A stretch of DNA of 63,814 nucleotides, filler included, from 12 parts of 12 records of this genome joined end to end with filler, not necessarily neighbours in it; one strand, 5' to 3'; shown: positions 32,009 to 44,009, numbered from the whole stretch's first letter. Numbers and translations are program-made. Notes: a model not told the origin generated them from the sequence alone.

Positions 32009-32721
32009 CGAAAGACGCCCGCGCCGACGGCCGACCACAGTTTTCCCGGCGCGGCGGGAAAAGCTGCTCAGAAAATGGCCATGAAGGCCCTGGTCCGCTG
32101 GGGAGCTCGGTGACCCTGAGCGCCGCAGAGGTGCCCGGGCCGACTCACCGGGCCGGTCAGCCGTGGCACCAGTCGACGTCACCCCGTTCCACTCAAGGGC
32201 CGGCGTGCGGGTGTCTGCCTGCCTAGCGGATCAGAATTATCGGTGTGTACAGGTGCCGATGCTTCTGTCAATAACCAGGCTAGTGGTGAGGTTGATCGGG
32301 ACACTTGGGTCTGATCTGGACCCAGGAGAAATTAGCATAGAGGTACAACGTCCAGTGTACAACTCAGGACATATCCCAACCACTGGCTCTGAAATTCCAC
32401 CAGCTGGTTGACTACATACATTTTACAGCTATTTAGGTCATTTAGACAGTTTCATGAGTATTCATTTGGGAGGTCCGGCGAGGCGCGGTAGCGCCGAGCA
32501 CCACTTGGGATCTAGTAAAAGTCCGGTGAATTTGCTACGGCTATCCACTAAGCCCATTCTGAGTCCTCGAGGCCGGAACGGCCGAGGCCGAGACGACTTA
32601 TATTACGTAGCCTAAATTAGACAAGGCGCGGTTACTAGCCGATCCAGGCACGTGCAACGGCTCTTGACTTTCCGGTCAGCGATTTGGTCAGGCCCCGAAC
32701 CTGGCGAGCCGCCATACGAAC

Positions 32722-34500
32722 ATGGCCCACCAGGACGGCCTCTCGCTGGTGTGGTACCGGAGCACCGATCTGCGGCTATCGGACCACGCTCCGCTCCGAG
32801 CAGCGGCTGCCCGGCCAGGGCCGGTGATCCCAGTGTTCTGCTGGGTGGACGACCCGGCCCGCCGGGCGGGCTCCGGGGTGCACGGGGCGCTTGAGGCCTG
32901 GCTCAAGCCCTCGCTCGCGCAGCTGGCCGCCGACCTGGGCGCGCTGGGCAGCCGGCTGGTGATCCGCCGGTGCGCGCCGGTGCAAGCGGCGAATGGCGGG
33001 CCGGCCGAGCTGGAAGCGACTGACGTGGCCGAGGAGCTCAGTCAGCTGGCGCGGGAGACCGGGGCCAGTTGGGTGGGCTGGCACCGGTCGTACACGCCGG
33101 ACGGGAGGCTTATGGACGAGGCAGTCCGCCGCCGGCTGGAGGGGCAGGGCTGCCAGGCCGATGGGCTGCCGGGATTCCTGCTGCACGAGCCGGCGTCTGT
33201 TGACCTGGGGGCTGGGTTCGCTGGCGGCCACTGGGGGACGCTCATGCCGTTCCTGCGGGCGTGCAACAAGTCGGCAGTCCAGCCGGCCCTTCCTACGGCT
33301 CCGCCGGCCAGCCTTCGCTCGCCTGCAGTGTGGCCCGAGAGCCAGGCACTCGCCGCACTCCGGATGGCAGCGGTCCCGACGCGACTCGACGGCTCCGAAG
33401 GGACCGACTGGGCCGGGGCGATGATGGCCCACTGGCGGGTCGGGGAGGCCGAGGCCCAGCGGTTGATGGACAGCTTTATCAGCGGACAAGGGCTCCAGAT
33501 GTACGAAAAGCGAAGGAGCCGCGCCGACATGCCTGAGACTGTATCTAGGCTCTCGCCTTACCTGCGGTTCGGCCAGCTGTCGGCCAGGCAGCTGTATCAC
33601 GCAGTGCGCAGTTGTGGGCTCGGTCAGGAGGCCAGCAAGACCTTTGGCCGGCGGCTGCACTGGCGTGATCTCGCCTATTACCAGCTGAGTTGCTTCCCCC
33701 ACATGGCAAAGCTCCCAATTCGTGCCCATTACTCGGCCCATCCGTGGATAGGTAGCCCCGAGCACCTGCGCGCCTGGCAGCGCGGGCTGACTGGCTACCC
33801 GATGGTGGACGCCGGCATGCGTGCGCTCTACGCCACCGGCTGGATGCACCAGAGTGTGAGGATGGTGTGTGCCTCGTTCCTGGTCGAGTACCTCGGGCTT
33901 AGCTGGGTGCACGGGCTAGAATGGTTCCATCAATGCCTGGTGGATGCCGACCCAGCCATCAACGCCATGATGTGGCAAAACGCCGGGCGCTCCGGGATTG
34001 ATCAATGGAATTTCGTGATGTCTCCGGAGAATGGCAGTCAGGACCCGACAGGTGAATACTGCCGCCGCTGGCTTCCGGAGCTGGCTCGGTTGCCCAACAA
34101 GTACATTCATGTGCCCTGGCTGGCTCCAACTGGAGTGCTTCGGGCAGCCGGGGTGACGCTCGGGCAGGAATATCCGGATAGAGTAGTGACCGACCTGACA
34201 GCCGCGAGGAAGGCCACTGTGGCAGCGCTAATCGAGATGCGCAGGGGCGCCCTCGAGTACAACGATGCCGGAGGCTACGACCTTATTCGATTACCTTCTG
34301 GGGAAACTACTCGAGTTTTTACCAAGCAGGAGTATCGGCTGGACGGCTCAGGTCGCATTAAGCCAAAGCCTGTGCGGAACAATTCAACACCGAAGCACAA
34401 AAAGCGTAAAAGCGAAATCAATGGTAAGCATCTCTCACCGAACAAGGACATTCGCACGTTCTTCGCAGTGAAAACTAATGGTTGTAGGAAGGCGAAATGA
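32722..34500 (+). CDS. DNA photolyase/cryptochrome family protein (plant-cryptochrome/CPD-like)
   Basis: LVWYRSTDLRLSDHAPL, SRLSPYLRFGQLS, AWQRGLTGYPMVDAGMRALYATGWMH, LVDAD and DPTGEYCRRWLPEL; intronless. Confidence 0.93.
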   Translation: MAHQDGLSLVWYRSTDLRLSDHAPLRAAAARPGPVIPVFCWVDDPARRAGSGVHGALEAWLKPSLAQLAADLGALGSRLVIRRCAPVQAANGGPAELEATDVAEELSQLARETGASWVGWHRSYTPDGRLMDEAVRRRLEGQGCQADGLPGFLLHEPASVDLGAGFAGGHWGTLMPFLRACNKSAVQPALPTAPPASLRSPAVWPESQALAALRMAAVPTRLDGSEGTDWAGAMMAHWRVGEAEAQRLMDSFISGQGLQMYEKRRSRADMPETVSRLSPYLRFGQLSARQLYHAVRSCGLGQEASKTFGRRLHWRDLAYYQLSCFPHMAKLPIRAHYSAHPWIGSPEHLRAWQRGLTGYPMVDAGMRALYATGWMHQSVRMVCASFLVEYLGLSWVHGLEWFHQCLVDADPAINAMMWQNAGRSGIDQWNFVMSPENGSQDPTGEYCRRWLPELARLPNKYIHVPWLAPTGVLRAAGVTLGQEYPDRVVTDLTAARKATVAALIEMRRGALEYNDAGGYDLIRLPSGETTRVFTKQEYRLDGSGRIKPKPVRNNSTPKHKKRKSEINGKHLSPNKDIRTFFAVKTNGCRKAK

Positions 34501-34651
34501 TAAATTTATCGTAATTTTTCGCGGGGTTCCGCTCAAGAGGATAGAATTAGATCGATTGGCTTGTTCTTAATCCTTAATCTAAGGTTCGAACAATTATTTT
34601 GTTGTAAGTGTAATCACGCATACTGCCTAACAACTCTTCCCGCTTACTTTA

Positions 34652-35320
34652 TCATCGCTTCACATTTGTCTGCGGTGCTGCATCAGCTCGACTGCCGCCA
34701 GTTGGGAGCCCTGCCTTGATTTCCTTGACTCTCATTTCTAGCTTGCGCTTTTCGCTAGCGGCGTTTTCCATGGCTTCTTGTGCCTGGCCAGCTGCCAGCT
34801 GGAGTTTCTGGACTCGATCTGCATGTTGTGCTGCATCATCCGCCTCATCTGTCGGCAGCAAGTCTTGCAGTGCAGACGATGTTGTGTCGTCGTCACCTGT
34901 CCGAATGCGTCATCTGCCAGCTTAATCGTATCATAACGCACCTTTGTCGGCAAGCTTACGCAACAAAATCTGAAAAGCAGCGTTAAACTCCGCCAAATTC
35001 ATGAGCCCTTCACCCAACAGAAAGAAATCAGCCCTGCCCCTGGGCCAAACGAGTCACCTCGCTCACCATCGGGCTGGTCGTTCTTGTTAGCTTCCATAAA
35101 GACGGCTTTCAACTGGGTGACATTAAACGACTCGCTCAGACCGAAGTCCCGAGCCCAGTGGATGAATTCTGAGACATCCAGGTAGTCGTTCTGATGTTGA
35201 ATTAAGCCAAAGCTGCCCGTGTGGCTGGTGGACTGCTTGGCATAGCGTTTGAACAGCTTGGATATCAAATTATTGGCCTTGGTTCTGTTCCGTTCGGCCA
35301 GAGCGAACTCTGCCTGTGCG
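34652..35320 (-). CDS. EF-hand-like protein with a coiled-coil tail, 5' partial
   Basis: KLFKRYA...NDYLDVSEFIHWARDFGL...LKAVFMEAN, followed by an intron and a coiled-coil exon. Confidence 0.45.
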
Positions 35321-35420
35321 NNNNNNNNNNNNNNNNNNNNNNNNNNNNNNNNNNNNNNNNNNNNTTAATTAATTAANNNNNNNNNNNNNNNNNNNNNNNN
35401 NNNNNNNNNNNNNNNNNNNN

Positions 35421-36152
35421 TCTGGCTCGGGCTCCGGCTCTGGCTCCGGCTCCGACTCAGGCTCCGGTTCGGGTGCCGGCTCTGGCGCGGCGGCTGGGAG
35501 CAGATCCTGGTCCTCTGCAGAGCAAAGCCCAAGCGCTAGCAGCATCTCCCGATTCCGGGACACATTCTCGCTCACCTGACCCCAATCTGACCAGCGCTTG
35601 CCGGCCGGGCCACCTTGGCTTCGTACTCGCACACCACCGGCTGGTCCTTGGCCGCGGCCACCCGCCGGGCTTCCTCGGCCTTGTCCTCCTCGGCAGAGGC
35701 CCGCGCCTGCTCCCGCTGCAGGTGCCTGCCCGCCCTCCGCCCGGCTCGTACTACCGGCGCACCTCTCCAGGTTGCCGGCCAGCCGGTTGGCGTCGAGTGT
35801 TGGGCCCGGCGGCGGCAGCCCCCGGCCGCAGGTGTTCAGCAGCGCGACCTTCGGGCGACCGGCGAGCATAGAGCGGTACCCCGGGGCACTGGGCACGCTG
35901 TTGACCGGCAGCTCCCGCGGCGGGGCCGGCTTGGGCTGGGCGGCCGCCTTGAGCGATCGGTACTCTGCGAAGCGCGCAGCTGCCACCGCCGGTCAAAAGG
36001 CTGGCGGCGGGCCTGTCACCGACGGCCGGTATGGCGTCGATGTCGGGCTTGCCGGCTGGCCGGCCATGCTTGGCCTCGAACGCCTGCCGCCACTGCTTGA
36101 GCTGATCCCGGATCCGCTCCAGCCGCCCCCCCGCCGGCTGCGCTGACAGCAT
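35421..36152 (-). CDS. Protein with an Sld2/RECQL4 N-terminal-like domain, 3' partial
   Basis: IRDQLKQWRQAFEAKHGRPAGKPDI..V|AARFAEYRSLK fits the Sld2_N pattern LKxWExxFxxxHGRxPxxxDI...YxxLK; runs into a (PE)n tract at the contig end. Confidence 0.6.
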
Positions 36153-36224
36153 TGTTCGAATCGGCCGTTGTTGCGGAATCAGTCCATCTGGAAATAGTAG
36201 GGTTTACCGGTACTTGGTCAGCTG

Positions 36225-37630
36225 ATGGTGTGCCCGGAGGCGAGTCGCCCTGCGCCCCGGAGGCCCGCTCGGCCGAGCACGGCTCCTGCGGTCCCGCGGC
36301 GCACGGCAACGACTTCCTCCGCCCCAGGCGGACCGCTCTGCCGGCTGGCTCCCTCCGCGCTGGCCGCTATTCTCTGTCGGTGTCCCGAGAGCTGCGTGGA
36401 GGCTGTTGCCGGCTCGTCGGCCCAGCTCCGGTGGACAGCCGGGCTGATCCGCCCGCCGGCACCGCTGTCGGCCGTCCGACCGATCGGTGCGGGCCAGCGA
36501 CTGGTGTGGAGCCCGGCGGGTCGGGGCGAGCGGAGGCCAGGCCTGCCCACGGGCGGTGGCCGTCTGGCGCGGGCGGCAGCTGGTGGCAGAGCAGGACGGC
36601 AGGCGGATCCAGATCGCCGGCCGGCCGCCGCTCACCGCCCCCGGGGTGGGGCCCAACGGATTTTACGGGCTGGCCGTGGACGGGTGCCCGGCCGGCTGTG
36701 ACGGTCTGAGGCCGGGCAGGCTCGGCCGGGTGTACGGCTCGGCTCCGGACGCCGGGGCCGTGTTCCGGTGGTCTGGTGAGCGGTGGGACCAGTGCACCCG
36801 GCTGGCCGGACGGCTGTGCTGGCCGGCGGGGCTGGCAACCGACCAAGCGCGCGAGTGCGGCTGCTGGCTGCGTGGGCTGACCGCTGGGGCAGGCTGCTGG
36901 CTGTGGCAGAGCAGAAGGGCGCGGCGGTGCTGATCATGAGTATCGCCGGAGCGGCCGCTAGCGTCCTCCGAAGGATCCGGCTGCCGATCCAGCCCTATTC
37001 TGTGTGCTTTGATCCACGTGGTTCGGGCCAGGCACGCTGCCCTCGCAGGCTGGGTGGGCGAGCCGCGTGCAGGTGGTGGTGAGCTGCCGGGACTCGGGCA
37101 GGATCCTGAGCCTGCCGTGCTCCGGTGGATCGCCCCGGGTGCTCGCCTCGCTCCCGGATGCGAGGGCTGTCAGCTGGTCTCTCTCCGGCCAGCTGATGGT
37201 GGCGGTCGGGCCCCGCGGCTCGGGCGGGCCGGGGCTGGTGGTGCTCGACGGGAGCACCGGGCAGCCGCTGCAACGGCTGGCGCTCCCAGAGCCTTGCTAC
37301 GGCTTGCTCGCATGCAGCCCTCACAAGCTGCTGCTCTGTGGGTACAAGTCTGGCCGGATCTACCGAGCCGGCCCGGCGGCCGACAAGGCCAAGCCAGCGC
37401 CGCCCTCGGGCCGCGGGCCGAGCGTGTTTGAGCGGCTAGCGATGCCACGGAAGGTCGAGCGGCCGAGGCAGAACAAGATGCGCCGGAGGAAGAAGCCGGA
37501 CCCAATGCTAGGGATCCATCTGAGGGAGAAGGCTGGAACGGCCCCAGGCAAGCCGGCCAAGCGCGGCGGCAAGAGCAAGGCGACCAAGTCTAAAAAGGGG
37601 CCCGCGAGATGTGCCAGCTCGATGAAATAA
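36225..37630 (+). CDS. Multi-exon hypothetical protein, beta-propeller (NHL-like) with a basic C-terminal tail
   Basis: Repeated motifs FYGLAVD, WPAGLATD, QPYSVCFDP, DARAVSWS and PCYGL across small introns; Lys-rich end; exon boundaries only partly resolved. Confidence 0.45.
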
Positions 37631-37974
37631 AATAATCATTAATTAATCCGTAACGTCCCAAACTCGTTGTACATGAAAGAAAGCACTGATCGGTCACAGC
37701 GCGCCCTGTCGACAAAGATTCAAAGCAATCAGGTGCGGCCCTGGCACAAGCTCCACCGCCTGCAACGACCGGCAAACCTAGAGAATACGTTTATTGGCAA
37801 ATCTGAAAGGCCCCCCGATTGGCTCCCGCCAAAACTAAAATGGCTGGAGGCGGGCCGGACTTGGAGTCTCTATGACTGCATCGCCGGCCCACCGGGCAAA
37901 CCAGGTCGCCTCCCCCCTAACAGTCCGGCTCCCTGCCGCTCGCGCTGCCGAGGCTGGTCCTACCGGCGCTCAGT

Positions 37975-38418
37975 TCACTTTGGTGACGTACTGGACGAGC
38001 AATTGGACCACCTTGTCCTGCGCGGCCGGTGAGCTTGGGCCGGCCCGCCGGGCACCTGGTTCATGGAGGCCTGTTGCTGCAGATCCCCGATCGTCTTATT
38101 GGTCTGGGCTTCGACCGCTTGCTGGCTCTGGCCGGAGCTCGAGCCGTGCTGCCCGACCGGTGAGGGGCGGGGGCGGGGGGCGGGGGGCACGTCTTTCTTG
38201 TGCTGCTCGTAGTCGGCCTCGAGGGTCTCCTTATACTTGTTGATCTCTTCCTGAGCTTGGACCTTGGCCAAGTTAAGCTTCTCTTGCTTAGCTGGACACC
38301 GGGCCGCTCGGGACGGGCCAGGCCGGCCGGTGTCACCTTTCTTGGCGGCGGTCACCATGGAGGCCGCCTCCCGCTCCGCTTGCAGGAGCTGGGTGATCCC
38401 TTGGCCCTCGCTCTCCAT
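37975..38418 (-). CDS. ATP6V1G: V-type proton ATPase subunit G
   Basis: QGITQLLQAEREAASMVTAAKK|AKQEKLNLAKVQAQEEINKYK...NQ|DKVVQLLVQYVTKVN; three GT-AG introns (45, 42 and 38 nt). Confidence 0.92.
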   Translation of the reverse strand: MESEGQGITQLLQAEREAASMVTAAKKGDTGRPGPSRAARCPAKQEKLNLAKVQAQEEINKYKETLEADYEQHKKDVPPAPRPRPSPVGQHGSSSGQSQQAVEAQTNKTIGDLQQQASMNQVPGGPAQAHRPRRTRWSNCSSSTSPK

Positions 38419-38605
38419 TGCGGCGGGTCTGGTGGGCCCAGTCGGTTGCAGGAACGGAACGACCAACGGAAAAATAAAATAAAATAAATCTATATAAGCC
38501 ACCTTCAGCGCTTCAGTCTTCCGGTCTTCTGAAGGACCTCAAGCTATTAAATGCCGGCTACTAGTATACTAGCATGCTATCATCAATCTACATTCAAACA
38601 CATCC

Positions 38606-39275
38606 TCAGTTTGCCGGCTGCTCCATCGGCGGCTCGCTCGGCGCGTCCTCTGAAGTCGGGCTGATCATGTCGACGTAAGCCGGAGGCGTCAAGTCCCGGT
38701 AGTAACGTTCAAACCTGCCGGGGCTCAGCGCTCCCCTGGGCCCGGGCTCACTCGTCCCGATCCACGGTGCCGCTCCAGTCCTTGTCAAGCTCCTCGAAGA
38801 ACCTGCCCGGCCGCTCGCCCCCGCAGCAGACCGGCCGCTACTGGTTCCAGCCTAGGCTCCGCTTCAGCTTTAGGCAAATCTCCGGGTTGGCGCTGCCGGC
38901 CGGCTCATCCGCCAGACCCCGGGCGGCGGCACCGCATGAAATCCTCCAGCTCTTGGATGGTCAGCACCCCGTTGTGATCCGCGTCTGCAGCCGCAATCAG
39001 CCCAATCAGCCGGGGCGCGGACCGGCCAGATCAAACAGATTGCGCGCCTCGTTGCTCCGGGGCGACGCGCTCTCCTCGGCCGCTGTGGCTACGGCCGGGT
39101 CCACGGTCGGGGGCGGCTTGCGTTGCTGGCACTCGGCGCATCGCTCGGGAGCTCGCTCGGGAGTTGGCTCGGGGGCCGGCTGGGCGGGCGGGGCGGGCGC
39201 GGCTGGGCGGGCGGGCGGGGCTGCCGGCTCGGCTGCCGGCTCGGCTGCCGGCTGGAGGCTACTGCTGCACCCCAT
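38606..39275 (-). CDS. N-acylated two-EF-hand calcium-binding protein
   Basis: MGCSSS start; spliced LFDLA|DADHNGVLTIQELEDFM and FFEELDKDWSGTVDRDE|F; four introns of about 38-40 nt. Confidence 0.8.
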
Positions 39276-39374
39276 GGCTCAACCCACACGGGCGCCGGTG
39301 GTCATGTGCGCCGCCAGGGGACTCCGCGTATTTTCAGGGCAAGCCTGAAGGGCAGGGCCGTTGCAACGCTCTCC

Positions 39375-40229
39375 ATGGTGATCCGGGCGGTTGCGCCAGG
39401 CTCACGGGTCGCAGGACGCCGAGCTTTACTACCAGAGCGGCCCGCCCCGGGCAGACCCGACCAAGATGCCTCCGGCAGGCCAGCCCTCCAGTCCGCCGCC
39501 CGCCTGGCCGCCGGCCAGCCCGGGGGTCAGTCTCGCCCCGACGAGAGCTGTACGGTGACCCGGAGTACCGCAAGCAGCTGCTCCAGCGCCCGATGACCAT
39601 CAAGATGGACGAGAGTTGCCTCAACGCCCAGGTCCCCCGCCCGCCCGCCCCAGCCAGCCAGCCCCAGGAGACGCCCAAGCCGGACAACTCGGGGCTGCCG
39701 CCCGCCGGCTGTTCCACCTCCGTCACTGGTGCCGCCCGCCTTCCGCCGGTGTTGAGCCGAGACAGACCCGCGGAACGTGAACAACGCGTGCTCTCGCCGG
39801 CAGCACTTTGACATCTTCGCGGAGGAGCCTCGGGTGCACGCGGCGCCGCACCAGCTGCGGAGCGACGACAACGCGGCGCTCTGCTCCGGGTACTCGCAGG
39901 GGATCGAGAAGCCCAACGCCCGGTGGGGCTCCCCGCTCGGTCGGGAGCGCCACACTGTCGGGAGCTCGCCGGTGCGGCCGGATCCGATGCCGAGGGACGG
40001 TGGCGATCGGGTGGTGCCGAGGGGAGGGAAGATCCCTGGGTACTCGGGCTTTGTCAAGGACTTGCAGAGGGTGCCTGCCGCCGAGTGCTGGCCGATGCTG
40101 GGCGGCAGGTCTAGTTGGGAGGTCACGCGGATGGCGACAGATCACACGGCTCAAGGCACTGGAGCCGTACTGTATTGTACGGGGGCGCGGCATGCATTTA
40201 CTCTAGATAAGTGCTTGATTTACTCCTGA
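39375..40229 (+). CDS. Multi-exon hypothetical protein with an IPGYSG motif (ciliary microtubule-inner-protein-like)
   Basis: ATG immediately followed by a 37-nt intron; a GC-AG intron near 39478; KIPGYSGFV motif; 3' end uncertain. Confidence 0.4.
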
Positions 40230-40315
40230 AGTGATGTACCTGTATTTGTTGCATATATGTGTCTATAGCGAGCTCTCGGGCTACCCCAAACCGTTTGCAT
40301 CCGGCGCCAAGCTAA

Positions 40316-42373
40316 TTAATTAACAACGCCGGACCCTGATAGCAACGATTGCAGCTCGGCCATCTGAGACACGGTCGATGCCGCCGCCGACCGAATCTGC
40401 CGTATTGAGGCCGGTGGCGGGCTGGCAAACGGGGTTCGGTCCGGACTGGGCGGGTAGTCGGCCGTTGAGAGCAGCCGGGCCCTTGCGCGCGCCTGCAGTG
40501 ATGGCTTTTTGCTCCTCGGAGAGGGCTTTACGCTAGGCTTTTCGACAGGCTTGGATGGCCGCTCAGTTGGCTCGATCCCAGCCATCGAGAGCAGCTTGGC
40601 CCGGGCCTGCATCTGCAGCGCAGTCCGGCCTGGCGACGGCTGGTAAGCCTTCTTGCGCGACGGGAGCTGCCCAGGGCTCAGCGGCGGCCGGGGTGGCAGG
40701 CGCCTGCGGTGCCGGCTGAGGCGGGACCAGCTCCAGCTCTGACGGGGCGGAGACCAGCCCGTGCGCCGGCGGGGCGACTGCGCTTGTGCTCAGATGGTTT
40801 GGCGACCGGAGTAGCTGCCTCGCCGCGGGGCTCCTGGCAGGCTCCCTATCGAACACCGAAGCGAGCAGACTGGCCGCCCGGTGCGCTCTCAGCTCGGCCT
40901 TGCTCTCACTGCTGCGGTCCCGCCACCGGTCGACTGCCCAGCGGGCGCTATCCCGCGCTACCAGGGCTTCAAACCTGCTGGCCGGCCCACTCAGGTCTAG
41001 CGGCCTGTGCCGGCATCGGTCCAGTTGCTGCTCGAGCTCGTCCACACGGCTCGTGTAGAACTGCTCCGCTTCCGACATCTTGCCACGCAGCCTGCCCGCC
41101 CTCAGCCCGGCCACACGGGCTGTGCTGCCCACCACTGCACCTCATCCGACTCGGAGCGAGCCGGCTGCACCGCCATCCGCCGCCGGTCGCCCTCGAGCTG
41201 CTGTCGTAGCTGCTCCAGCTCGGCCCGCAGTTGCAGCTCGGCCGCCCCGTGCCGCTCCAGCGCCGCATTCAGCCGCCGCGCCTCCGCCACCAGCACAGCC
41301 TCCCGTCGGCCGGCCTGCTCGGCAGTCCCCCGCCAGCGCTCGAGTTCAGCCGCCAGCCCGTCTATCTTGCGCTGCTGGGCCTCCAGCCTACCGGTCAGCC
41401 GGACCCCAGCCTGGGACTCATCCGCCTCAAGCCCCGTCAGCTGCGCACCCTGCGCTTCCAGCTGCGCCTCCAGGCGCGCCACCCGCGCGCTCGGCTCCGC
41501 CCACCCCTCCACCCGAGCCAGCTCCCGCCGAGTGGCCGCGTGCGCCGTCTGCTCGGCCTCCAGCTGCGCCTCCAGCGCCGCCTCGACCAGCCCATCCGAC
41601 GGCGACCGGCACTCGAGCGCGCGCTTGGTGTCCGCGTGCGCCGCCTGCTCGGCCTCCAGCGCGGCCTCGACCGCAGATTCGACCAGCCGCTCGGCCTGCC
41701 GCTCCCTGGCCAGCCGCCGGGTCTCGGCGTGCGCGGCCTGCTCGTGTTCGAGCGCGGCCCTGGCCCGCTCCCCGGCGGCCTTCTCCTTCTTGAGGGCCGC
41801 CTTCAGGTTGGCCAGCAGCTGGCGCTGGGCCTGGCTCTCGTGCCCCAGCTCGGACAGCCGACGGCACAGACGGACCACCAGCTCGCGCTCGGCTCGCTCG
41901 CTCGGCTCGGCGCACTGCTCGCGGTCGGTTGCCCGAAAGTCGGCGATGGCTCCGTCCTGCTGGCCGGGCTCCTGGACCGGGAGCCAGCCGTCCGGCCCGC
42001 GCCCCTCCAGCAGCTCGATCGCCGCCTTCATGTACGCCATCCGGCCCAACCGAACTCTCCGCGGCTGGCCTGTACGCCCCCCCAGACCCGCCCGGGCGTC
42101 AGATGGCCCCCCGGCTCCCCAACGGTTGGGCTGCCGCCGGCTGGGTGGTCCTTGAATTCGAACCGATCCAAGTCCCACACAGAGCCGCACTCGGTGCCCC
42201 GGCAGCCACAGCTGGCCGACCAGGCGAGCATCCGGTCTCGGGTGGGTGCCTCGGCCCGTGCATCGATGCGAGTGCGGATGCGGTAGAAAGCCAGGCGCTA
42301 CGTGTGAGTGCGGTGTGAGGGTGTGGTGCGCCGGGCACAAGGATACCTGGAGGCAGTGCCGGGCGTGCTGTTC
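40316..42373 (-). CDS. Coiled-coil protein, 5' partial
   Basis: Long E/A/R/L heptad ORFs with internal AAHAxT repeats, joined by small introns. Confidence 0.55.
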
Positions 42374-42473
42374 NNNNNNNNNNNNNNNNNNNNNNNNNNN
42401 NNNNNNNNNNNNNNNNNTTAATTAATTAANNNNNNNNNNNNNNNNNNNNNNNNNNNNNNNNNNNNNNNNNNNN

Positions 42474-43635
42474 AGCGCCGGAGCTGCTGAAAGCTGCACC
42501 GACCATGTTCTCGCAAATGGTGAAAAGTGGATTCTCGGGGCTCGGGGCTCACGCACGAGTGCAGAGCCAAATGGTCGAACATTCGACTGCACAGATTTCG
42601 CAAGACTTCAAACAACTGCGGGGGTCCCATGGTGCACACCAGAGGCCCAGGGAGGATATGGCGATCAGTACCCCACGGAGGATAAGACAGCCATCCAAGC
42701 ATGCTGCACCTGCGGCGGAGGCATCCGAGGGCCTACACCTGCGCCGACGCCACCAACTGCAGCGCCCACTTTTGACCCAGCTGGCGTGGCGGGCAGCACC
42801 CATCCTGCCGCTTTCTACCTTTCCAACCTACTGGCCGGTGACTGCCCCGCTGCCTGCATGCAGCCTGATTGCTCTCACACAGGTATTTCCACAATTTACT
42901 CTCGCGACATTGGCGTGAGCTTTCAGATTCAATACATGAAGGTAACGCACTCTTGTTTGTGGCTGACTTATGTCGTTCAGGTCTATTCGACGGCCAGCCC
43001 ATACGAAGCAGACTCGACTTCAGCCACGTTGGATTTGCTCACAAACGGTTACGAGAACGCCGTGCACCCCAGGAATGCAGATCTGGTCCATTACTTCACG
43101 TCCAAATCTGGCGTAAGCAGCCCCTAGATGCATCGAGATTGAGTTGGGTGCAGTGGGGTGGCATCGCCTACGTCGGTACCGCCTGTCGGGGCACTCATCA
43201 GACAGGTAGCACCTCCAAGGCTGGGCGCAGTTCAATCGCTGACAGGTGTGAGCGCCATTCATGGCAACTGGAACAGTGGTACCATGAACCCTACGTCGTC
43301 TTCCAGTTTCAACTGGGATCTGATCGTCACAGCGCATGAGATGGGACACAAGTGCTCCCCTGGGGCTAGCTTGCCGTGCTGACCGACTGCTTTGCAGCGT
43401 GGGCTCTGGCCACACCCACGATTCTGGCAGCTACAGTCCGGTGCTCGACCAATGCGTACACAACAACCAGCAAGTCTCGAGAAGCAGCCCACTCTGCGTC
43501 CGGGGGACAATCATGAGCTACTGTCATCTCTGCGGTGGCGTTGGGAACATCGACATGAGGTTTCACGACACGGTCAAGGCGAGGATCAAGAGCACGCTGA
43601 GCCAGAGCTTTGGGTGCAATCTTTCGCTGCCGTGA
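42474..43635 (+). CDS. Metzincin M12B/reprolysin-like zinc peptidase, 5' partial
   Basis: Spliced GGIAYVG, WDLIVTAHEMGH|NVGSGHTHD (HExxHxxGxxH) and Met-turn GTIMSYCHL; about six GT-AG introns; CCTCGGG module. Confidence 0.88.
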
Positions 43636-44009
43636 GGTCCTGCACCTACAACCGTACCCGAAAACTACACTACACACTGCCTAGCAGCCAAACGAGACGA
43701 CTGCCGGCTCGACTTACGTCGATTATTGCGTGTATACTCTATGTATACTCGTAGTCTCGTACCCGTTGCTGTCATTGTCGTATACAATGATTGTGACGTC
43801 GGAGCATGAGTGATTCAACAAATGATCTGCTTATTACTAGTTACTCATTACGATCAGCAAGTACAGTAAATTACATAGAATCATTATCAGTGAACAATTT
43901 AAAAGAGCTCTCACCCACATCACAAACCCTATGGGACCCGTTTACAGTTAGCTCATCTTTTCATCCTTTAATCAATTAAAGGATCATTAGTTCTGTTTTC
44001 AAATATGGC

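Noticed and set aside
32776..33912. Long antisense or overlapping ORFs (also 19390-20340, 41007-42155, 59160-60311)
   Set aside because: These are shadow ORFs expected from GC-rich codon usage opposite real genes; they show no recognisable motifs.
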